Assembly: GCA_045577495.1 (NCBI GenBank)
Contig: JAZNIK010000028.1
Location: 865-64,864, forward strand
DNA: 64,000 bases
Direction of reading: 5' to 3'
Source of the DNA: Acutalibacteraceae bacterium
Lineage (GTDB): Bacteria > Bacillota > Clostridia > Oscillospirales > Acutalibacteraceae
Of the stretch, positions 8,779 through 18,090 are shown one piece after another; within the stretch, counting starts at the first letter, position 1; each line of letters starts with the position of its first letter. The notes under the pieces are model-generated. The model did no database searches. It was given only the letters and a program-made list of their open reading frames with translations, and was not told the DNA's origin. Made by a program: the position numbers and the translations under genes.

Positions 8779-9714
8779 ATGGAAATCTTCACTCAACTTA
8801 TGGGCGCTTTGCCCGGCTCCATTTCACAAGGCTTGATTTGGGGCATTATGGCAATCGGCGTTTATATTACTTATCGTATTCTTGATGTAGCCGACCTTAC
8901 GGTAGACGGCTCTTTCGCTACAGGCGGCGCCGTTGCTGTTGTACTAATTTTAAATGGTTGCAATTTGTGGCTTGCAATGATAGCTGCATTTGTTGCGGGT
9001 CTTTTGGCAGGTGCTATTACGGGACTTTTGCATACACTCATGGGAATCCCCGTTATTCTTGCCGGTATTTTAACACAACTTTCCCTTTATTCCATTAACC
9101 TTAAAATTATGGGTAAAGCAAACCAATCGGTCAATGTTAATCAAACCGATGTGCTTGTATCACTCCGTTGGGTAAAAGAATTTGCTTTTCACAATCCGCT
9201 TATCACCGTAGGCGTTGTGATAGTTGTTCTTATCATCCTTCTTTATTGGTTCTTTGGAACCGAAATGGGCTGCGCTATCCGTGCTACAGGTAGCAACCTA
9301 AATATGAGCCGAGCACAAGGCATAAACACCGGTTTTAATAAAGTTCTTGGTATTATGCTTTCTAACGGTCTTGTTGCATTCTCGGGTGCCTTTCTTGCTC
9401 AGTATCAAGGCTTTGCCGATGTTAAAATGGGTCAAGGCGCTATCGTTATTGGTCTTGCTGCGGTCATCATTGGTGAGGCATTATTCAGTAAGATTTTCAA
9501 GAACTTTGCACTTAAGCTTTTATCGGTTGCCTTTGGTTCAATTATTTATTATATTGTTATCCAAGCGGTTATTACGTTGGGGCTTGATGCTAACCTACTC
9601 AAGTTGCTTTCGGCGGCAATTGTTGCTATATTCCTTGCTGTTCCATATTGGAAAAGTCACTTTGCCGAAAAGCATATTAAAAAATCTAAAATAGGGGGTA
9701 AGGCAAATGCTTGA
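8779..9714 (+). CDS. ABC transporter permease (COG4120-type)
   Basis: 311 aa and highly hydrophobic throughout. It overlaps the ATPase gene by 8 nt. Confidence 0.8.
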   Translation: MEIFTQLMGALPGSISQGLIWGIMAIGVYITYRILDVADLTVDGSFATGGAVAVVLILNGCNLWLAMIAAFVAGLLAGAITGLLHTLMGIPVILAGILTQLSLYSINLKIMGKANQSVNVNQTDVLVSLRWVKEFAFHNPLITVGVVIVVLIILLYWFFGTEMGCAIRATGSNLNMSRAQGINTGFNKVLGIMLSNGLVAFSGAFLAQYQGFADVKMGQGAIVIGLAAVIIGEALFSKIFKNFALKLLSVAFGSIIYYIVIQAVITLGLDANLLKLLSAAIVAIFLAVPYWKSHFAEKHIKKSKIGGKANA

Positions 9715-10504
9715 TATTATAAACGTTGAGAAAACCTTTAACCCCGGAACTATCAATGAGAAAAAGGCTCTGAATGGTATCAATCTTCATCTCAATGAGG
9801 GAGATTTTGTAACCGTTATAGGTGGTAACGGTGCCGGTAAGTCCACAATGCTCAATATGATTGCCGGTGTTTATCCTGTAGATTGTGGTAGCATTATTAT
9901 TGATGGTATCGATGTTACCGATTTGCCTGAGTACAAACGTGCTAAGTATTTCGGTCGTGTGTTCCAAGACCCAATGACAGGTACGGCTGCAGATATGCAG
10001 ATTGAAGAAAACTTAGCTCTTGCCGCTCGTCGAGGAAAGAGAAGAACCTTACTTCCTGGTATTACTGCCAAGGAAAGAGCTGAATATAAAGAGTTGCTTA
10101 AAATTCTTGATTTAGGTCTTGAGGAAAGATTGACAGCAAAGGTAGGATTGCTTTCGGGTGGTCAGCGTCAGGCGCTTACACTTCTTATGGCAACTCTTAA
10201 AAAACCTAAGTTGCTGCTTCTTGATGAGCACACTGCTGCTCTTGACCCCAAAACTGCAAGGAAGGTTCTTGATATCACTGAAGAAATCGTTGCTAAAGAA
10301 AATCTTATTACTGTTATGATTACTCACAATATGTCAGATGCCATTAGAATTGGTAACCGCCTTATTATGATGAATGAAGGCAAAATCATTTATGAGGTTT
10401 CGGGTGAGGAGAAGAAAAATCTTCAGGTTTCAGACTTGCTTAAAAAGTTTTCTGATGCAAGTGAAGGCGAGTTTGCAAACGATAGAATGTTGCTTTCGCA
10501 GTAA
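9707..10504 (+). CDS. ABC transporter ATP-binding protein
   Basis: Walker A GGNGAGKST, signature LSGGQRQ, Walker B LLLLDEHT. Confidence 0.9.
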   Translation: MLDIINVEKTFNPGTINEKKALNGINLHLNEGDFVTVIGGNGAGKSTMLNMIAGVYPVDCGSIIIDGIDVTDLPEYKRAKYFGRVFQDPMTGTAADMQIEENLALAARRGKRRTLLPGITAKERAEYKELLKILDLGLEERLTAKVGLLSGGQRQALTLLMATLKKPKLLLLDEHTAALDPKTARKVLDITEEIVAKENLITVMITHNMSDAIRIGNRLIMMNEGKIIYEVSGEEKKNLQVSDLLKKFSDASEGEFANDRMLLSQ

Positions 10505-10516
10505 AATAGTTTTTTA

Positions 10517-10547
10517 AAACCGTTCACTTTTTAGTGGACGGTTTTTA
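10517..10547 (+). terminator. Rho-independent terminator after the ABC operon
   Basis: AAACCGTTCAC / GTGGACGGTTT (one G-U pair), followed by TTTTT. Confidence 0.7.
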
Positions 10548-10655
10548 CTTTAAAAATGTCAAGTTAATTTCAATATTTTCCTTTACTTTTTATGAGAATT
10601 GAGGTAAAATAATTATGTATAATGTGTTATTATGTCTAATTCTTTGGAGGGTAAA

Positions 10656-13493
10656 ATGGCAAGGGAATTTATCACTATTAGAGGTGCAAGAGAACACAAT
10701 TTAAAAAATGTTAATATTGATATTCCAAGAGATAAATTGGTTGTTTTTACCGGTCTTTCGGGTTCGGGTAAATCATCTCTTGCCTTTGATACAATTTATT
10801 CCGAAGGTCAAAGAAGATATATGGAGTCGCTATCTTCATATGCGCGTATGTTTTTAGGTCAGATGGAAAAGCCAAATGTTGATAGCATCGAGGGGCTTTC
10901 TCCTGCCATTTCTATTGACCAAAAAACCACCTCTAAAAACCCTCGCTCCACCGTTGGCACAGTAACCGAAATTTACGATTATTTACGTCTTTTGTTTGCT
11001 AGAGTTGGTGTTCCTCATTGTCCTGTATGCGGCAGAGAAATCCGTCAGCAGTCGGTTGATGAGATTGTTGATAAGGTGTTAGAACTTGATGAGGGAACTC
11101 GTATACAAATAATGGCACCGATTGCCCGAGGTAAAAAGGGCGAATTTTCAAAGGAGTTTGAAAAAGCAAAACGTTCGGGTTATGTTCGTGTTAGAGTTGA
11201 TGGCAATATTTATGATTTATCCGAAGAAATAAAGCTTGATAAAAATATTAAGCACAATATCGAAATTGTTGTTGACCGTTTAGTAGTTAAAAACGAAATT
11301 CGCAGTCGTTTGTCTGATAGTTTGGAAACTGCTTGTTCACTTTCTAACGGTCTTGTTGTAATTGATGTTGTGGGCGGCAAAGAACTAACATTTTCACAAA
11401 ATTATGCCTGTCCTGAGCATAATGTAAGTATTCCCGAACTTTCGCCAAGAATGTTCTCCTTTAATAATCCTTTTGGGGCGTGTTCTACCTGTACGGGACT
11501 TGGTATGTTTTTAAAGGTAGACCCTGAACTTTTAGTGCCCGACAAATCAAAATCGCTTATGCAATACGCAATTAAGGCAAGCGGTTGGGGAGTGCATCAA
11601 TTCAATGGCGGTGATGGAGAAACAATAGCCGTTATGTATTATAAAGGCTTGGCAGAGCATTTTGGCTTTGATGTAAATGCTCCGTTCGAAAAAATCCCTC
11701 CCAAAGCGCAAAAGGCTATTCTTTATGGAACGGGTAATAAAAAGATTAAGTTCCACCGTAATAGCGAGTGGGGCGGTGGAGAATATACAACAACCTTTGA
11801 GGGTGTTATTAACAACCTCGAAAGAAGGTATAAAGAAACAACAAGCGATTGGGCAAGAAGTGAAATTGAGCAGGTAATGAGTGAATGCGATTGCCCCGAT
11901 TGTAACGGCAAAAGATTAAAGCCCGAGGCTTTGGCAGTTACAGTAGCTGATAAAAATATCGATGATATTTGTAGAATGTCGGTTGAAGATTGCTTGGCTT
12001 TTTTTGAAGCTATTTCTTTCTCTAAAAGGGATGAGATTATTGCAAAACCTATCTGTAAAGAGATTTGCAACCGACTTTCTTTTTTAAAAAGCGTAGGACT
12101 TTCGTATTTAAATCTTATGCGTGCGGCAGGGTCACTCTCGGGTGGCGAAAGTCAACGCATAAGGTTGGCTACACAAATAGGCTCATCCTTGATGGGTGTT
12201 TTGTATATTCTTGATGAGCCAAGTATTGGTTTGCATCAACGCGATAATGAAAAACTCTTAAATACTTTAGAACATTTAAGAGATTTAGGAAACACCTTGA
12301 TTGTCGTTGAGCACGATGAAGAAACAATGCTTGCCGCAGATTATTTGGTGGATATTGGACCCGGTGCGGGTGTTCACGGTGGCTCTATAGTTTGCGCAGG
12401 TACGCCAAAAGAGGTTATGGAGTGCAAAGAGTCGATTACGGGCGATTACCTTTCGGGAAGACGAAAAATCGCTGTGCCCACCACTCGCCGCAAGGCAGAA
12501 AAAGGCTATTTAAAGGTAAAAGGCGCATACGAAAACAATCTTAAAAATATAAATGTTGATATTCCGCTTGGTTGTTTTGTTGCTGTTACGGGGGTTTCGG
12601 GTTCGGGTAAATCCTCGCTTGTTAATAGCATAATATATAAAAAGTTAGCGGCAGAGCTTATGGGTGCTCACCGCTTTGCAGGTAAACACAAAAAAATTGA
12701 GGGTATTAAACTTTTAGATAAGGTGATTGATATAAATCAGTCACCAATCGGTAGAACTCCTCGCTCAAATCCCGCCACCTATACAGGCGTTTTCAATGAT
12801 ATTAGAGAACTGTTTTCTAACACGAAGGATGCCAAAGCAAAAGGATATAATGCGGGTAGATTTTCCTTTAATGTTAAGGGGGGGCGGTGTGAGGCTTGTC
12901 AAGGCGATGGCATATTAAAGATAGAAATGCATTTCTTACCCGATGTTTATGTGCCTTGTGAGGTTTGCGGCGGCACAAGATATAACCGCGAAACTCTGGA
13001 GGTAAAATATAAGGATAAAAGCATTTATGATGTTTTAGAAATGACTATTGAAGAAGCAACCGAGTTTTTTAGTAGCATACCAAAAATTCATCGTAAATTA
13101 AAAACACTTTTAGATGTGGGGCTTGGATATGTTAAACTCGGTCAACCCGCAACAACCCTTTCGGGCGGTGAAGCACAGCGCGTAAAACTAGCAACAGAGC
13201 TTTCTAAAAAAGCAACAGGCTCAACTATCTATATTTTGGACGAGCCCACAACAGGACTTCACACCGCCGATGTGCACAGACTTTTAGAGGTTTTGCAAAA
13301 ATTGGTTGATACAGGCAACACCGTGCTTGTTATCGAGCACAATTTGGATGTTATTAAAACTGCCGACTATATTATCGATTTAGGTCCCGAGGGTGGAGAT
13401 AAGGGCGGCGAGGTTGTAGCAGTCGGCACTCCCGAACAAATAGCAGAATGTGAAAAATCTCATACGGGTCGGTTTCTTAAAAAAGTCCTTTAA
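10656..13493 (+). CDS. uvrA: Excinuclease ABC subunit A
   Basis: [10 protein letters not shown], two ABC ATPase modules (GLSGSGKSS and GVSGSGKSS), and Zn-finger Cys pairs. The likely start is ATG 10656 ([10 protein letters not shown]), 5 nt after GGAGG; the track start is 10632. Confidence 0.95.
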   Translation: MAREFITIRGAREHNLKNVNIDIPRDKLVVFTGLSGSGKSSLAFDTIYSEGQRRYMESLSSYARMFLGQMEKPNVDSIEGLSPAISIDQKTTSKNPRSTVGTVTEIYDYLRLLFARVGVPHCPVCGREIRQQSVDEIVDKVLELDEGTRIQIMAPIARGKKGEFSKEFEKAKRSGYVRVRVDGNIYDLSEEIKLDKNIKHNIEIVVDRLVVKNEIRSRLSDSLETACSLSNGLVVIDVVGGKELTFSQNYACPEHNVSIPELSPRMFSFNNPFGACSTCTGLGMFLKVDPELLVPDKSKSLMQYAIKASGWGVHQFNGGDGETIAVMYYKGLAEHFGFDVNAPFEKIPPKAQKAILYGTGNKKIKFHRNSEWGGGEYTTTFEGVINNLERRYKETTSDWARSEIEQVMSECDCPDCNGKRLKPEALAVTVADKNIDDICRMSVEDCLAFFEAISFSKRDEIIAKPICKEICNRLSFLKSVGLSYLNLMRAAGSLSGGESQRIRLATQIGSSLMGVLYILDEPSIGLHQRDNEKLLNTLEHLRDLGNTLIVVEHDEETMLAADYLVDIGPGAGVHGGSIVCAGTPKEVMECKESITGDYLSGRRKIAVPTTRRKAEKGYLKVKGAYENNLKNINVDIPLGCFVAVTGVSGSGKSSLVNSIIYKKLAAELMGAHRFAGKHKKIEGIKLLDKVIDINQSPIGRTPRSNPATYTGVFNDIRELFSNTKDAKAKGYNAGRFSFNVKGGRCEACQGDGILKIEMHFLPDVYVPCEVCGGTRYNRETLEVKYKDKSIYDVLEMTIEEATEFFSSIPKIHRKLKTLLDVGLGYVKLGQPATTLSGGEAQRVKLATELSKKATGSTIYILDEPTTGLHTADVHRLLEVLQKLVDTGNTVLVIEHNLDVIKTADYIIDLGPEGGDKGGEVVAVGTPEQIAECEKSHTGRFLKKVL

Positions 13494-13560
13494 GATTTAC
13501 ACATTATTCAATAATTTTGTTTCTAAATAGTTTAGAATATTTTAAGCGGAGGTGTTAGAT

Positions 13561-14421
13561 GTGTTTGGATATGTTAAGGCATACAAGCCTGAGCTTAGAA
13601 TAAAAGAGTTTGAAATGTATAAAGCGGTTTATTGTTCGCTTTGTAAAAGCCTTGGTAAAAAGTATGGAATTGTATCACGCTTTTCACTAAGCTATGATTT
13701 TACTTTTTTATCACTTTTGTATTTGGCTTTAAGAGATGGATGTGTTTCGACCGAGCGTAAATGTTGCGTTTGTAATCCATTTAAAAAGTGCAATTATTTA
13801 AAACCGAACGACACACCTGATATGCCTTCTGCGGCGGCAGAGATAATGCTCTACTGCAAATTAGAGGATAACATTAAGGATGAAGGCTTTTTTAAATCTT
13901 GTTTTTATAGTGTGCTAAGAGCACTTTGTAAAAACGGGTATAATAAAGCGGTAAAAGAATTTCCCGAGTTAGATAATCTTTTTAAAGAATATATCGCAAA
14001 TCAAAACAAGATAGAAATAGAAAATCTGCAAAATATAGATGCGGCCGCCGACCCAACAGCAAAAATGCTTTCAAATTTATTTGCGTTTTGTGGGGTGGGG
14101 AATGAAACCCGCGCGCTAGAGCGTCTTGGCTATTGTATGGGCAGATGGATATATTTAATGGATGCCGCCGCCGATTTAAAGGATGATTTAAAAAAGGGTA
14201 GATATAATCCCTTAACATATGAGGCAAAAAAACAAACAGATTTAGATTTGTTTTTAAAACAAAGGCTTTTTGAGCAGTTAAATATATGTGTTAAAGAGGC
14301 TGCGGCGGCTTTTGAACTAATAGACATTATGAGATTTAAAAATATATTGGGCAATATAATTTATTTAGGTTTAGAGGATAGTCAAAACAACCTATTTTTA
14401 AAGGAGAAGGATAAAAAATGA
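13561..14421 (+). CDS. Conserved Clostridial protein of unknown function (I recall it as DUF5685-type) carrying squalene/phytoene-synthase-like Asp-rich motifs and N-terminal Cys clusters
   Basis: [13 protein letters not shown] and [29 protein letters not shown], plus CSLC and [10 protein letters not shown]. The track GTG at 13552 overlaps the GGAGG at 13548-13552, so GTG 13561 is the more plausible start. Confidence 0.6.
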   Translation: MFGYVKAYKPELRIKEFEMYKAVYCSLCKSLGKKYGIVSRFSLSYDFTFLSLLYLALRDGCVSTERKCCVCNPFKKCNYLKPNDTPDMPSAAAEIMLYCKLEDNIKDEGFFKSCFYSVLRALCKNGYNKAVKEFPELDNLFKEYIANQNKIEIENLQNIDAAADPTAKMLSNLFAFCGVGNETRALERLGYCMGRWIYLMDAAADLKDDLKKGRYNPLTYEAKKQTDLDLFLKQRLFEQLNICVKEAAAAFELIDIMRFKNILGNIIYLGLEDSQNNLFLKEKDKK

Positions 14422-15026
14422 GAGACCCATATTCAGTATTAGGTGTGGACAGAAATGCCACTGACGAGCAAATAAAAAACGCATATCGTGAACTTGCTAG
14501 AAAATATCATCCCGATAATTATGGTGATAATCCGCTTTCTGACTTGGCACAGGAAAAAATGCAAGAAATAAATGAGGCGTATGACCAAATTATGAATAGT
14601 CGTAGACATCGCAAGAGTAATAATGGCACAGGCTATTCGGGAAGCTCGAATTTTGCGGATGTAAGGTCACTTATATCAAATAACAAGATTGAAGAGGCTC
14701 AAGAACTTTTAGATGGTGTTCCAGTTGAAAAACGTGATGCAGAATGGTATTTTTTAAACGGAACTGTGCTATATCGTCGCGGTTGGTTTGATAATGCTTT
14801 TACAAGCTTTGCAACAGCCTGTCGTATGGACCCATCAAACCCCGAGTATCGTGAGGCTTTTGCACGTATGCAACGCACAAGAGGTAATGGCTTTGCTGGT
14901 AATCCATATCGTTCTGCAGGTAATATGGGTGGCGGCGGTTGTGACGCTTGCGATGTTTGTAATACCTTAATTTGTGCCGACTGTTGTTGTGAGTGTATGG
15001 GCGGCGATTTAATACGTTGTTGCTAA
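14418..15026 (+). CDS. J-domain protein with a C-terminal cysteine string
   Basis: J domain DPYSVLGV...[12 protein letters not shown] (HPD present). The tail [28 protein letters not shown] has 10 Cys in the last 28 aa. The start overlaps the upstream stop (ATGA) and follows AAGGAGAAGG. Confidence 0.85.
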   Translation: MRDPYSVLGVDRNATDEQIKNAYRELARKYHPDNYGDNPLSDLAQEKMQEINEAYDQIMNSRRHRKSNNGTGYSGSSNFADVRSLISNNKIEEAQELLDGVPVEKRDAEWYFLNGTVLYRRGWFDNAFTSFATACRMDPSNPEYREAFARMQRTRGNGFAGNPYRSAGNMGGGGCDACDVCNTLICADCCCECMGGDLIRCC

Positions 15027-15027
15027 T

Positions 15028-15552
15028 ATGAAAACAAAAAGATTAAGCTTCTCTGCAATGATGGCGGCGTTGGCTACTGTTTTAATGTTGGTTGGATATT
15101 TTCCGTATCTTACCTATGCGGTGCCTTGTGTTGCATCACTGCCGATAATGGTTGTTTTAATTGAATTTAATAAAAAATCTGCATTATATACTTATATAGC
15201 ATCAATTTTGCCTGTGTTTTTGTTTTGCGAGCCCGAATCAAAACTACTATATTTGTGCTTTGTTGGGTTTTACCCTGTTTTAAAGGCAATTTTAGAGGGT
15301 GTAAAAAGCAGAATAGTAGAATTTGTATTAAAGTTTGCTGCCTTTAACATAGGAGTTGCTATTATTTATTTGCTTAGCAGATTTGTTTTTGGAATAAGCT
15401 TTGATGATTTAGGTGAACTTGGTAAATATGGCTCTGTTATATTTGTAACACTAGCCAACCTTGTCTTTTTGGCTTATGATTTTTGCCTTTCAAAAATGGC
15501 GGTTTATTATATGTACCGTTTACATTCTTCGGTGCAAAAATTTCTGAAATGA
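15028..15552 (+). CDS. Small polytopic membrane protein (hypothetical; ECF S-component-like size and topology)
   Basis: 174 aa with about 5-6 hydrophobic segments. It starts 1 nt after the J-protein stop (TAATATG) with no separate strong RBS, which suggests translational coupling. Confidence 0.55.
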   Translation: MKTKRLSFSAMMAALATVLMLVGYFPYLTYAVPCVASLPIMVVLIEFNKKSALYTYIASILPVFLFCEPESKLLYLCFVGFYPVLKAILEGVKSRIVEFVLKFAAFNIGVAIIYLLSRFVFGISFDDLGELGKYGSVIFVTLANLVFLAYDFCLSKMAVYYMYRLHSSVQKFLK

Positions 15553-15562
15553 GGAAGAATAT

Positions 15563-16789
15563 ATGAAGAATTCGGTCGTTATAATAGGCGGCGGTGCTTC
15601 GGGTTTAATGGCGGCAGTTACTGCGGCAAGATGCGGTAAAAAGGTTATAGTAATTGAAAAAATGCCGCGCCCTGCCAGAAAAATTATGATCACCGGTAAA
15701 GGTCGATGCAATTTAACCAATAACACCGATTTGAATGGACTGATATCCAATACTTGCCGTAATGGTAGATTTTTATATTCGGCTTTTTCGGCGTTTTCTT
15801 CTGAGGATACAATGTCGTTTTTTGAAAACGAAGGTGTGCCTTTAAAAACAGAACGTGGTAATCGAGTTTTTCCCGTTTCGGATAAATCTGTTGATATTGT
15901 TGATGGTTTGGTAAAAGCGGTTAAAAAATCGGGTGTTATAATCACTCAAGGCGAGGTTTCAGATATAATCACCGAGGATGGTAGGGTAAAAGCCGTTACC
16001 TGCACTGATGGCAGATATTTTGATTCAGATAGCGTTTTAATCGCTACAGGCGGTTGTTCATACACCGCAACAGGCTCTACGGGTGATGGTTATAGATTTG
16101 CCAAAAAACTTGGTCATACAGTAACAGAAATCAGGCCGTCACTTGTTCCTTTTGAAGTATATGAAGGCTTTTGCAGTGCCCTTTCGGGACTGAGCCTAAA
16201 AAATGTAAAACTCACAGTTAAGGTTAATGACAAAGAAAATTATTCCGAGCAGGGAGAAATGCTTTTCACTCATTTTGGAATTTCAGGTCCTCTTGTTTTA
16301 AGTGCTTCTGCTGTGGTTGATTGCGATTTTAAAAACGACAAGTGCGAGGCATTTATTGATTTAAAACCCGCTCTTTCTAACGAACAGTTGGATAAACGAG
16401 TGCTCAGAGATTTTGAAATGTATAAAAATAAAGAACTGATTGGTGCTTTGGACGGATTGCTTCCTAAAAAGTTGATTTCAGTTGTTGTTTCCTCGGCGGG
16501 AATAAATCCTCATACCAAGGTTAACTCTTTAACAAGGGAGCAAAGAGGATCGCTTGTTAACACCCTAAAGGCGTTACCTTTAACTGTTACAGGTTTAAGA
16601 CCTTTCTCAGAGGCGGTAATTACACGCGGTGGCGTGTCGGTTAAAGAGGTTAATCCCAAAACGATGGAATCTAAGCTTGTAGAGGGACTTTATTTTTCGG
16701 GTGAGGTTTTGGATGTCGATGCATATACAGGTGGTTATAATTTGCAAATAGCTTTTTCTACAGGCTATTTAGCTGGAATAAATTTATAA
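15563..16789 (+). CDS. FAD-dependent oxidoreductase, HI0933/BaiN-like flavoprotein family
   Basis: N-terminal dinucleotide fold VVIIGGGASGLMAA, C-terminal GGYNLQ motif, 408 aa. Confidence 0.8.
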   Translation: MKNSVVIIGGGASGLMAAVTAARCGKKVIVIEKMPRPARKIMITGKGRCNLTNNTDLNGLISNTCRNGRFLYSAFSAFSSEDTMSFFENEGVPLKTERGNRVFPVSDKSVDIVDGLVKAVKKSGVIITQGEVSDIITEDGRVKAVTCTDGRYFDSDSVLIATGGCSYTATGSTGDGYRFAKKLGHTVTEIRPSLVPFEVYEGFCSALSGLSLKNVKLTVKVNDKENYSEQGEMLFTHFGISGPLVLSASAVVDCDFKNDKCEAFIDLKPALSNEQLDKRVLRDFEMYKNKELIGALDGLLPKKLISVVVSSAGINPHTKVNSLTREQRGSLVNTLKALPLTVTGLRPFSEAVITRGGVSVKEVNPKTMESKLVEGLYFSGEVLDVDAYTGGYNLQIAFSTGYLAGINL

Positions 16790-16818
16790 AAAGGAATTTA
16801 TAAAAAGGGGTTATACAT

Positions 16819-17493
16819 ATGATAGCAATAGCAATTGATGGTCCTGCAGGTGCGGGTAAAAGCACCTTGGCAAGAAGAGTTGCCAAGCATATGAATTTTA
16901 TTTATGTTGATACAGGTGCGCTTTATAGGGCAGTTGGCCTTAAAATGATTAGAATGGGTATTTCTTGTGATGAGATTTCCAAGGTTGAGGAAATGCTTAA
17001 ATCAACCGAACTTGATATTCGCTTTGAGGGTGGAGAACAGGTTGTTGTTTTAGATGGCGAGAATGTTAATTCGCTTATCAGAACTCCTGAGGTTTCTATG
17101 ATGGCATCATCAAGCTCTGCTTTGCCGATAGTACGCGCTTTTTTACTGGATATGCAAAGGGCTCTGGCAAAAAGAAATTCTGTTGTTATGGATGGCAGAG
17201 ATATCGGAACGGTCGTTTTGCCCGATGCCGAGGTTAAAATATTTTTAACTGCTTCACCCGTTGCTCGTGCAAAGCGCCGTTATAATGAGCTTATTGAAAA
17301 GGGTCAACAAGTAGATTTTGATTCGGTTTTAAAAGATATTGAGCAAAGAGATTATCAGGATTCGCATAGAGCAATTGCTCCTTTAAAACAGGCGGATGAT
17401 GCGGCTTTGGTAGACACTACCGAGGCTGATTTAGAGGGTTCCTTCAAGTTATTACTTTCAACTATTGAAAATAAAATTAAGGCTGGAAAATAA
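16819..17493 (+). CDS. cmk: Cytidylate kinase
   Basis: IAIDGPAGAGKST...YVDTGALYRA. Confidence 0.92.
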   Translation: MIAIAIDGPAGAGKSTLARRVAKHMNFIYVDTGALYRAVGLKMIRMGISCDEISKVEEMLKSTELDIRFEGGEQVVVLDGENVNSLIRTPEVSMMASSSSALPIVRAFLLDMQRALAKRNSVVMDGRDIGTVVLPDAEVKIFLTASPVARAKRRYNELIEKGQQVDFDSVLKDIEQRDYQDSHRAIAPLKQADDAALVDTTEADLEGSFKLLLSTIENKIKAGK

Positions 17494-17496
17494 TTT

Positions 17497-18090
17497 ATGT
17501 TTTATAGGGTTATGAGATGGATAGTCTATCCGTTTATCCGTCTGTTTATAAGGGTTAAATGCGTTGGCAGAGAAAATATTCCTAAAAATGAGGCATATAT
17601 GCTTTGCGCTAATCATACATCTATTGCGGATATGTTTGTAATAGCGGTGCCCTTTAAAAATCAAATTTGCTATATGGCGAAGGAAGAAATTTTTAAATTT
17701 TCCTTTTTAAAGTGGTTTTTTGAAGCGTTAGGCTGCTTTGCAGTAAAACGCGGAAAAGGGGATACAGGAGCTATCGATAGGGCTTGTAGCGTTATCAATG
17801 AGGGTAATGTACTTGGTATTTTCCCCGAGGGTACTCGCTCAAAAACGGGGGAGCTCGGCAAGGTTCGGTCGGGCGCGGCATTGATTGCTATAAAAACCAA
17901 AGCAACTATTTTGCCTGTTTCGATTCGTTACAGCACGAAAACCTTTAAACTGTTTTGTAAGGCAACCATTAGAATTGGCAAACCAATTTCTTATATAGAG
18001 CCCACAGAGGATGAAACTCAACGCGCTGAGATTCGCCGAGTTTCTGAGGGGATAATGAATAATATTAAAACTCTTTGGGAGATGGACTAA
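17497..18090 (+). CDS. plsC: 1-acyl-sn-glycerol-3-phosphate acyltransferase
   Basis: NHTSIAD (HX4D) and FPEGTRS motifs. Confidence 0.85.
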   Translation: MFYRVMRWIVYPFIRLFIRVKCVGRENIPKNEAYMLCANHTSIADMFVIAVPFKNQICYMAKEEIFKFSFLKWFFEALGCFAVKRGKGDTGAIDRACSVINEGNVLGIFPEGTRSKTGELGKVRSGAALIAIKTKATILPVSIRYSTKTFKLFCKATIRIGKPISYIEPTEDETQRAEIRRVSEGIMNNIKTLWEMD

